Of a DNA stretch of 64,000 bases, positions 32,177 to 39,677 are shown in pieces; within the stretch, counting starts at the first letter, position 1; the number at the start of each line of letters is the position of its first letter. This DNA is from Clostridia bacterium. Its GTDB lineage: Bacteria > Bacillota > Clostridia > UMGS1883 > UMGS1540. The DNA is taken from positions 17,281 to 81,280 of the forward strand of contig JAZSDN010000003.1 in NCBI GenBank assembly GCA_045531205.1, read 5' to 3'. A program made the position numbers and the translations under genes. Below the pieces are notes generated by a model. It was not told the origin of the DNA. It worked only from the letters and a program-made list of their open reading frames with translations, and did no database searches.

Positions 32177-34813
32177 ATGAGCATTTACAAAGAGGGAAAC
32201 AACATTATTTTCGAAGACAGTTTTTCAAAAATAACTCTTTCCAAAAAAGATGCAAAAGTGAAGAGTATTATCGATAAAACTGTGCAAAAAGAAATCAGGG
32301 GAGCTGAAACTCACTTTTTTTATCTTGTAGCAGAAGATGAAAAAACATTTCTGCTTCCATCTGAATTAAGTTTAGAAGAAAATATTGTAACTGTAAGAAC
32401 AAAAACAGGTAACTTCAAAATTGAAGTTTGCGATAAGGAACAGTATTTTACATTTGAACTTAAAACAGCTTTGCCTGCATGCTATAAAGCAGTAATAGCA
32501 CACGCAAAATACGATTATGATTTTAACAATAAACAAAACTGCGCAGCTGCAGGTATAGCTATGACTTACTGGGCAAACCCATGCCTTTATCCTGATGCAG
32601 CTAATATGGAAACAAAAGCAGAAGTCATTCAACATTTAAAGGATAAAGATGCAAAATATGCACTCATCATAGCACCCATTGCTATGCATAAAGAAATTAT
32701 AAAAGAAGTATCCCTTACAATAGACAAAAATTATGGCATTGTTTCTAGAGTTGGCGGTGCGTGGGGAGAAGATTGCAAAGATAATTACAGAAATAAAATA
32801 AGTGTACATGAATTGCCTTACGAAAAAATGCTGGAACAACTTGAATTTTATAAAACTTTGAATATAGGAATAGTAGATTTTAATCAGGGATGCAATTTTT
32901 GTCAGGGAGATTTCGAGCCTGTTTTTTATAAAAATAATACAGAATTCAAAGAAAAAGCTGTAGCTGCTTTAGAAAAAGAAAATATAATAGCAAGCTTACA
33001 CACCTATTCTGCATATATAGATTATAATTGCAACAGCATCCTTTCAAATCCAAAATGGCAAAAACAATTAGCAACACTTGAAACCTTTACTCTTTCTGCC
33101 GATATTGACGAAAATGCGCAAGCTTTACCAGTTATGGAACCTACTGATAATGTTATAGACGATGTCTCCGGACTTAAAGGCTTTTTTACAAGAAGCACAC
33201 CGTTTTTACTTGTAGGTGAAGAGCTTATAAAATTTAAAAATTCAGAAAACGGGTTTGAATCAATACAACGCGGTGCTTGCGGAACAAAAGCATCTGCCCA
33301 TAAAAAAGGCGAAAAGGTTTACCATCTTGACGGATATTACAGGGGTATTTTGCCGGCTCTTTGTTCAAATCTTTTCTTTGAAATTGCACGCAATACAGCA
33401 AAAGCATTTAACGAAGGCGGATATGGTGCAATATATCTTGATGCATTAGATGGGCTTTACCATCATATAAAAAGAGAAGAAGGATGGTTTTATTTTGCAG
33501 CATTTGTATGCGAAATATTAAAGCATTGTAATAAAGACCCGCTAATAGAGTATTCAACAATAGAACCAAGTATATGGCCTGCAAGAGGTAATGCCAAGGC
33601 ATTTGATTTCCCGACCAGAGGATATAAAACCTTTCAAAAAATCCACAAAAATGATAATGAAAGATTTAAAAAGATATACTATGCGACCACTTCAGGATGG
33701 TACAATATATATCCTTATACAGAAACTCTCTACGGTAACGAAACAATAAGATATCATCATACCGATGATATAGAAAATCTTGGATTTTTATCCTTGCAGA
33801 CTAACAGTAGTATGGTATACTGCAATAACTCCGAAGAATACAAAACAATTCCCGCGTTAAAACGTAATATTGCAATATATTCAAAATACGATAAACTTCG
33901 TCAAAACAACTATTTTTCAAAAGATTTTCTTAAAAAATTTCAAAACGGAGAATATGAATATCACGTTGAAAAGATGGGCGAAAACGATTATGCCGTTGTT
34001 GAATGGGACTACCAGAAGAAAAAACTTTATAACCTTCGTGACGAAAAAAGAAATATAAAAACCTTTAAAAATCCTTTTTCAAATCAAACACCTTTTATTC
34101 GTATAGAAGCATTTATGTCAGCCGATGACGGATATGAAAAAGTGTTTATGAACTTTGATAAAAGCAAAGACCTTACACAGCAGCCTCTTACAAAAATTTT
34201 CGAAACGCCCTTTGACCTTACAGATTTAATGGTAAAAAAGGTTTCTGTTTTAGGCAATGGCAAAAAGGGAGGAGCAATCAGTATTTCAATGGGTGATAAA
34301 AGTGCCCGAAGTCTTGCAAAATACTATATTGATACAGATTTTGAAGGTTGGCGTGATTTTGTACTTATCGAAACAGATAACGGAGAGCGTCCTGATCTTG
34401 AGCTTGATAGTATCGAAAAAAACGTTTTTTATATTCTCTTACGCGAAAGATTTAAATACAACAAAGTAAAAGAAGGATATATCGAAACAGAAGGCGATGT
34501 AAGCGGAGTAAAAATATCTGATATTACGCTTACAAAACGTAGCTTTGAAGTTTTAAAAAACCCAACTGTTACTGTAGAAAATACAAAAATTATTTTTGAA
34601 TGTGATTTAAAAAGCACTGACTTTATCGAGTTTGACGGAAAAACAGCAAAAATGATTGACAAAAAAGGTAACGAAACCGAGATACCTTTTAAAGGCAAAC
34701 TCGTTGTGCCGGAAGGTGAATTTATGGCAAAATTAACAGCAGATGCTCAAAATCAAAATCCATTAAGAGCACAGTTAACATTTGGTTTTAAAGGAAAATG
34801 TATAAAAGAATAA
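32177..34813 (+). CDS. 878-aa cytoplasmic protein of unknown function (possible glycoside-hydrolase-like multi-domain enzyme)
   Basis: Long uninterrupted ORF with AGGAGGAG RBS and no signal peptide. I recognise no family. The central region has barrel-like strand/aspartate patterns (GIVDFNQG, GAIYLDALDG). Confidence 0.8.
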   Translation: MSIYKEGNNIIFEDSFSKITLSKKDAKVKSIIDKTVQKEIRGAETHFFYLVAEDEKTFLLPSELSLEENIVTVRTKTGNFKIEVCDKEQYFTFELKTALPACYKAVIAHAKYDYDFNNKQNCAAAGIAMTYWANPCLYPDAANMETKAEVIQHLKDKDAKYALIIAPIAMHKEIIKEVSLTIDKNYGIVSRVGGAWGEDCKDNYRNKISVHELPYEKMLEQLEFYKTLNIGIVDFNQGCNFCQGDFEPVFYKNNTEFKEKAVAALEKENIIASLHTYSAYIDYNCNSILSNPKWQKQLATLETFTLSADIDENAQALPVMEPTDNVIDDVSGLKGFFTRSTPFLLVGEELIKFKNSENGFESIQRGACGTKASAHKKGEKVYHLDGYYRGILPALCSNLFFEIARNTAKAFNEGGYGAIYLDALDGLYHHIKREEGWFYFAAFVCEILKHCNKDPLIEYSTIEPSIWPARGNAKAFDFPTRGYKTFQKIHKNDNERFKKIYYATTSGWYNIYPYTETLYGNETIRYHHTDDIENLGFLSLQTNSSMVYCNNSEEYKTIPALKRNIAIYSKYDKLRQNNYFSKDFLKKFQNGEYEYHVEKMGENDYAVVEWDYQKKKLYNLRDEKRNIKTFKNPFSNQTPFIRIEAFMSADDGYEKVFMNFDKSKDLTQQPLTKIFETPFDLTDLMVKKVSVLGNGKKGGAISISMGDKSARSLAKYYIDTDFEGWRDFVLIETDNGERPDLELDSIEKNVFYILLRERFKYNKVKEGYIETEGDVSGVKISDITLTKRSFEVLKNPTVTVENTKIIFECDLKSTDFIEFDGKTAKMIDKKGNETEIPFKGKLVVPEGEFMAKLTADAQNQNPLRAQLTFGFKGKCIKE

Positions 34814-34867
34814 ACAAAAAGAGGATGTAAAAAAATCCGGACAGCAAAAAAATATTGTAGGGAACGC

Positions 34868-34899
34868 CCTGTGTGGCGTTCCTTATTTTTGTGAAATAT
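34868..34899 (+). terminator. Rho-independent terminator
   Basis: GGAACGCC / GGCGTTCC stem followed by TTATTTTT. Confidence 0.75.
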
Positions 34900-34955
34900 T
34901 TCTAAAAATTTCAAAAAAACTCTTTTCAAAACAAAACTGTTATGCTAAAATGATG

Positions 34956-34979
34956 AAGAGTTTAGAATTTTTAACTCTT
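34956..34979. promoter_or_regulatory. Inverted repeat (candidate operator) just downstream of the rubrerythrin -10 box
   Basis: AAGAGTT-N10-AACTCTT, centred on TTAGAATTTTTAA, directly after the TAAAAT at 34946-34951. Confidence 0.3.
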
Positions 34980-35014
34980 TTACAGGTAAAATAATATAAA
35001 AGGAGTGTTTTAAA

Positions 35015-35557
35015 ATGAAAGATAATAAGTACAAAGGAACACAGACAGAAAAAAATCTTGCAGCAGCTTTTGCGGGCGAATCACAGGCGAGAAATAAATA
35101 CACATATTTTGCTTCAAAAGCAAAAAAAGAAGGCTTTGAACAGATTGCAGCCCTCTTCTTAAAAACAGCCGATAACGAAAAAGAACATGCAAAAATCTGG
35201 CTTAAAGAATTAAACGGAATAAGCGATACAGCAGAAAATCTTGTTGATGCCGCAAACGGCGAAAATTATGAATGGACAGATATGTACGCAGGCTTTGCAG
35301 AAACAGCCGAAAAGGAAGGCTTTATAGAGCTTGCTGCAAAATTCCGTATGGTAGCAGCTATCGAAAAAGAACATGAAGAACGCTATCGTGCACTTTTAAA
35401 GAATGTTGAAACTGCACAGGTATTCGAAAAAAGCGAAGTTAAAGTGTGGGAATGCCGTAACTGCGGTCATATTATGGTTGGAACAAAAGCACCTGAAAAA
35501 TGCCCTGTTTGCGACCATCCTCAGAGCTACTTTGAATTAAATTGCAAAAATTATTAA
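35015..35557 (+). CDS. rbr: Rubrerythrin
   Basis: Ferritin-like diiron domain (ExxH repeats) plus a C-terminal rubredoxin-like CRNCGH...CPVCDHP. Confidence 0.9.
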   Translation: MKDNKYKGTQTEKNLAAAFAGESQARNKYTYFASKAKKEGFEQIAALFLKTADNEKEHAKIWLKELNGISDTAENLVDAANGENYEWTDMYAGFAETAEKEGFIELAAKFRMVAAIEKEHEERYRALLKNVETAQVFEKSEVKVWECRNCGHIMVGTKAPEKCPVCDHPQSYFELNCKNY

Positions 35558-35560
35558 AAA

Positions 35561-35594
35561 CAATTTGGTCAGGCTTTTTAAGCCTGACCAAATT
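35561..35594. other. 14-bp perfect hairpin without a 3' U tract on the + strand
   Basis: AATTTGGTCAGGCT / AGCCTGACCAAATT. A-run on the 5' side only. Confidence 0.5.
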
Positions 35595-35616
35595 ACTATG
35601 CTATAAGGAGAAAAAT

Positions 35617-37473
35617 ATGAACAGTTATCTCAATGCTTTTATAGGAGAAATAAATGCTGAGTTTTCGAAAAAGCATAATCAGGCTCTTACAAAAAGGGAA
35701 ATGCCGCAAACAACACCCGCCATTGCCGAAGCGGTTGATTATATATGCGAGCTTTTGCAGAGTGTGGGCTTTAAGCCAGAACGTATTGACTTTCCATCCG
35801 ACGGAAAAACCTCATATCAGGATAAAATAATGCCTATATGCTGGGATGTAAAGAGAGCTAAACTCACAGTAATGTCCGAGTGGGAAGGGGAAAGAGTAAT
35901 TGCTGATTACGAAAAAGAACCCTTTTCAATAATAAGATATTCAACCGAAACACCAAAAGAAGGTCTTACAGCACCCCTCGTTACATGGGATGATATGATA
36001 GCAGGGAAAAGCGTAAAAGATGCCTTTGTATTGCTTCCGCAAGGAATGTTTCCAACAGATAAAGCCCTCGTTCCCATTTTAAATAATGGCGGAATAGGAA
36101 TAGTCAGCGGAACCATAAGTTCAAGCGTTGAAAGACCTGATTCACTGCATTGGGGAAATAACTGTACAGAAACAAATTCCTGGCATGTAAATGCCGACGA
36201 AAGACCTTTTTTGGCATACAGTATAACACCAAGAACTCTTGAAAAGCTTGAGAATGCATATAAAAAAGGAGAAATCATATTAAAAGCAGAAAGTGACGGA
36301 CACCGCTTCGAAGGAACAATGCCCGCAGTAACAACACTTTTAAAAGGAGAAAGCGAAAAAGAATTCTGGGTGCTTGCCCATACAGCAGAGCCTCTTGAAG
36401 ACGACAATTCGGCGGGCGTTATTTGTTGTATACAGTCTTTAATGGCAATAAAAAAAGCTTTGGCAGAAGGAAAAATACCTTCTCTTAAATATTCAATACG
36501 CTTGCTTTTTGCACCCGAAATGTATGGCTTTGCAGCCTTTGCAGAACATTTTGGAGGACAACTTCATAACCGTTGTATAGGTGCTTTGAACGTTGACGGA
36601 ATCCCCGTAAACGAGGAAACTGATACAATGAAAATTATGTTTGCACCTGCAGCCGTTCCTTTTTACGGAAATATACTTTTTGAAGGAATGTGGGACGAAT
36701 ACAGAAGAACAGTTAAAAAAACACCTTTCTTCACCTCCTGGAGTGACCATTGGGGAGATGACTGCATTCTGTCCGATTCATCTGTAGGGCTTCCGACTCT
36801 TATGCCCGAATACGACAATAAATATTCCTGGCATAATTCAGAACAATGCGTAGACGGTTGTATAGATTACGATAAATTTGCAAGAGTCTGTGCAGTTTAT
36901 ACAGCATACATAGCCTCTGTTGCAGCTTATGACGGCAAAATACTCGAAAAATTCTTGCCAATGGCAGTAAGTTATGCATCGGCAAGAATAGCGGAACTTG
37001 CTCAAAAAGCACCCGAAAGAAAAGGAATTGACGCAAAAGCAAGAATAAATCACAGAAAAATTTTAGAACAAAATAACATCAAATCCTTTAAAGATGCAGG
37101 TGTCAGCGAAGAAGCAATAAACAAAGCCTGCAGTATGCTTGATGCTTTCGTAAACGGAATAACACCTGTTCCCACAGAAGAAAAAACAGAACCTACACCC
37201 GTATTTGATTCAATGGAAAACATAATCCCCAAAAGGACTTCCATAGGTGTTCCGCACGATTTTGCAAGAGTACCATTAGAGCGAAGATGGCATCCTATTA
37301 ACGAGAATATTTTGAACAGAGTATTCTCTTCAATGGACGGAAAAAGAAACCTCAAAGATTTGATTATCGAAGCAGAATGGGAAGCCCGCACAGCATTTAG
37401 TGAAGCCCAGCTTACAGACCTTATCGAAACTTTAAAGTTTATGGATGAATTTAAATATATAAAGCTTAACTGA
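35617..37473 (+). CDS. M28/aminopeptidase-fold-like protein (DUF4910-like), function unknown
   Basis: Start moved to the ATG at 35617 (AAGGAGA RBS) because the longer ORF would include the hairpin. The AHTAEPLEDDNSAGV...LLFAPEMYG pattern recalls aminopeptidase-like DUF4910/DUF2172 proteins. Confidence 0.45.
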   Translation: MNSYLNAFIGEINAEFSKKHNQALTKREMPQTTPAIAEAVDYICELLQSVGFKPERIDFPSDGKTSYQDKIMPICWDVKRAKLTVMSEWEGERVIADYEKEPFSIIRYSTETPKEGLTAPLVTWDDMIAGKSVKDAFVLLPQGMFPTDKALVPILNNGGIGIVSGTISSSVERPDSLHWGNNCTETNSWHVNADERPFLAYSITPRTLEKLENAYKKGEIILKAESDGHRFEGTMPAVTTLLKGESEKEFWVLAHTAEPLEDDNSAGVICCIQSLMAIKKALAEGKIPSLKYSIRLLFAPEMYGFAAFAEHFGGQLHNRCIGALNVDGIPVNEETDTMKIMFAPAAVPFYGNILFEGMWDEYRRTVKKTPFFTSWSDHWGDDCILSDSSVGLPTLMPEYDNKYSWHNSEQCVDGCIDYDKFARVCAVYTAYIASVAAYDGKILEKFLPMAVSYASARIAELAQKAPERKGIDAKARINHRKILEQNNIKSFKDAGVSEEAINKACSMLDAFVNGITPVPTEEKTEPTPVFDSMENIIPKRTSIGVPHDFARVPLERRWHPINENILNRVFSSMDGKRNLKDLIIEAEWEARTAFSEAQLTDLIETLKFMDEFKYIKLN

Positions 37474-37477
37474 AAAA

Positions 37478-37520
37478 AGCCGAATAAGTTGCATTAAAGA
37501 CTTATTCGGCTTGACTTTTT
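37478..37520 (+). terminator. Rho-independent terminator
   Basis: AGCCGAATAAG / CTTATTCGGCT stem followed by TGACTTTTT. Confidence 0.7.
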
Positions 37521-37540
37521 GTTTTATTATGTGTTATAAT
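37511..37540 (+). promoter_or_regulatory. Candidate sigma-A promoter of the SLH/kinase/PqqD/peptidase/ABC operon
   Basis: TTGACT, 18-nt spacer, TATAAT. Confidence 0.55.
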
Positions 37541-37580
37541 CATAATATATTTATTTTTATAAGAAAAAGAGGTATTTTTT

Positions 37581-38228
37581 ATGAAGAAAATAATTTCGTT
37601 AATACTTTCAGTACTTATGCTTTCGACAATTACAACAGGCGCCCTTGCAGCAGACTTTACCGATATTTCAGGACATTGGGCAGAAGGTGTAATAAAAACA
37701 TGGAGCGACCGTGGAGTTATCCAGGGGTATAACGGCCTTTTCAGACCTAACGATAATATCACAAGAGGCGAAATGGCAGTAATAGTAAACCGTATAGTAA
37801 CTATCGAAGGTAAATCCGAAAACACATTTACAGATTTACCTGCTGACGCATTTTATACAGAAGCCGTGTTAAAGCTTAACTTTGCAGGCATTATGCTTGG
37901 TTATAATAACCTTGCACGTCCTACAGACAATATAACAAGAGAAGAAGCTTTTGTTATATTTAACCGCATATTTGAGTTCGAAAAAACCACAGAAACAGCA
38001 TTCCCTGATGCTGCATCAATTTCAGAATGGGCACTTGACAGCGTGTATGCTCTTGCCGAAAACAAAGTAGTAAACGGACGTGATGACGGATGCATATATC
38101 CTAAAAACAATATTACCAGAGCAGAAGTTATGCAGCTTTTAGAAAATGCATATAAAGCAGTAGGCCAGCTTACAGAAAGCGAAGGAACAATAGGCGGAGA
38201 CGATATCGAAACAGGCGGAATCTGGTAA
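37581..38228 (+). CDS. Secreted protein made of three SLH repeats plus a short acidic Gly-rich C-terminal tail
   Basis: Sec signal peptide (…TGALA/ADF). Three SLH repeats (FTDISGHWAEG..., FTDLPADAFY..., FPDAASISEWA...). Tail GQLTESEGTIGGDDIETGGIW. Confidence 0.8.
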   Translation: MKKIISLILSVLMLSTITTGALAADFTDISGHWAEGVIKTWSDRGVIQGYNGLFRPNDNITRGEMAVIVNRIVTIEGKSENTFTDLPADAFYTEAVLKLNFAGIMLGYNNLARPTDNITREEAFVIFNRIFEFEKTTETAFPDAASISEWALDSVYALAENKVVNGRDDGCIYPKNNITRAEVMQLLENAYKAVGQLTESEGTIGGDDIETGGIW

Positions 38229-38238
38229 GGAGAATAAA

Positions 38239-38949
38239 ATGGGCAGCTTTCAAATCAGGTGTGCAAACCTCACGGTACAATTAAATACCGAATATGAGTA
38301 TGCCAAAAAAGCATGCTCTAAGTATATTGTTTCAGGCTTAAAACCTGACTTTGAGCTTACCCCTTCCAAAAAAGTGATTCAACAAACGGCAGATTTCCTT
38401 AAAACAGAATCGGTAGAATATATAGAATTTATGTCACTTTTCCGTATCTTTGCAAGAGAGGTTTTAAAACATAATGCAATAGTTCTGCATTCTGTAGCCT
38501 TGGCACTTGATGATGAAGGATATGTTTTTTCGGCACCTTCAGGAGTTGGAAAAACCACGCACGCAGCATTATGGAAAAAAGCTTTTGGTGAAAGATGCTC
38601 CATAATAAACGGAGATAAACCACTTATAACCTTTTCGGATAACAAATTTTATATAAGCGGAACACCATGGTGCGGAAAAGAAAGACTTTCAGAAAACCGC
38701 AGTGTACCATTAAAAAGCGTTTGTTTTATCGAAAGGGCAGAAAAAAATTCTATTTCTAAAATTGAAACAGGCGAGGTTATTAAAAGATTATTTAATCAGC
38801 TTGCAATTCCTATGGCAGGAGAGCCAACAATGCCGCTATTTTTATCATTTGCCGATAAAATGGTAAAAAACCTGCCTTTTTATCTTTTAAAATGTAATAA
38901 GGAAGAGGAAGCGGCACATATAGCATACAAAGGTTTAAGCGAGGAGTAA
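38239..38949 (+). CDS. HPr kinase C-terminal-domain-like P-loop protein (putative peptide/protein kinase)
   Basis: P-loop APSGVGKTTHAALW (nt 38539-38559) followed by IINGDKP. This resembles the HprK-like proteins that accompany PqqD in peptide-modification cassettes. Confidence 0.55.
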   Translation: MGSFQIRCANLTVQLNTEYEYAKKACSKYIVSGLKPDFELTPSKKVIQQTADFLKTESVEYIEFMSLFRIFAREVLKHNAIVLHSVALALDDEGYVFSAPSGVGKTTHAALWKKAFGERCSIINGDKPLITFSDNKFYISGTPWCGKERLSENRSVPLKSVCFIERAEKNSISKIETGEVIKRLFNQLAIPMAGEPTMPLFLSFADKMVKNLPFYLLKCNKEEEAAHIAYKGLSEE

Positions 38950-38952
38950 TTT

Positions 38953-39216
38953 ATGAAACTGAAACAGGATTTAACTATACATGATATGGGTGACGAATTT
39001 GTAGTTATTTCGTCAAACCCCGAAAGTTTCAGCGGTATGATGAAACTTAATAAAACAGGAGCATTTATTTTTGAAAAATTACAGGAAAACCTTTCAAAGG
39101 AAGAAATAGTAAAAAAACTTCAGGAAAAATATGAAGTAGAAGAAAAAACAGCAGCTTCTGATTTAGAAGATATTTTAAAAATTTTTGAACAGTCAGGCTT
39201 GATGTGTAATGAATAA
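38953..39216 (+). CDS. PqqD family protein (RiPP recognition element-like)
   Basis: 87 aa. Pattern ...EFVVIS...MMKLNKTGAFIFEKL...SKEEIVKKLQEKYEV...AASDLEDIL fits the PqqD winged-helix family. Confidence 0.7.
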   Translation: MKLKQDLTIHDMGDEFVVISSNPESFSGMMKLNKTGAFIFEKLQENLSKEEIVKKLQEKYEVEEKTAASDLEDILKIFEQSGLMCNE

Positions 39217-39640
39217 TGACCCTATGAAAACCATGCTCTTGATAAAAAAAGAGCTTGAAATATCCCCTGGCGGAATAAGTATGAGTCCCTTTTTAAAAGA
39301 AGGGCGGGACAAAGTAATAATAAAAGAATCGCAAGATTTAAAGCTTTATGATATAGCACTTTATAAAGTACATAATGAGTATATTCTTCACAGAATAATA
39401 GGCTTTGAAGGGAATACGTTAGTAATAAGCGGAGATAACGCACGCCTTATCGAGAAAAAAGAAAAAGAAGAAATAATAGGTGTTGTTACAGAAATCATAC
39501 GCCGAAAAAGAAAAATAAATCCACACTCGCTTTTGTGTGAATTATATTGTTTTTTATGGTATAAAACAGGGATAAAGAAAATAAAAATATTTGCACGCAG
39601 AGTAAAAAGAAAACTAGGCAGAATTTTTGCCGAAAGGTAA
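39209..39640 (+). CDS. S26/S24-type serine peptidase, Ser/His (SipW/ER-like) variant
   Basis: GISMSPFL (Ser nucleophile), YDIALYK, ILHRIIG (His where bacterial SPase I has Lys) and SGDNA. No N-terminal TM. Basic amphipathic C-terminus. Confidence 0.55.
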   Translation: MNNDPMKTMLLIKKELEISPGGISMSPFLKEGRDKVIIKESQDLKLYDIALYKVHNEYILHRIIGFEGNTLVISGDNARLIEKKEKEEIIGVVTEIIRRKRKINPHSLLCELYCFLWYKTGIKKIKIFARRVKRKLGRIFAER

Positions 39641-39677
39641 GTGAAAAACACTGAATAACAAAAAAACATTACTTTGG

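Noticed and set aside
35542-35616. N-terminal extension of the 643-aa ORF ([15 protein letters not shown]...)
   Set aside because: The extension overlaps the rubrerythrin stop and runs through a 14-bp perfect hairpin. A good AAGGAGA RBS precedes the internal ATG at 35617.
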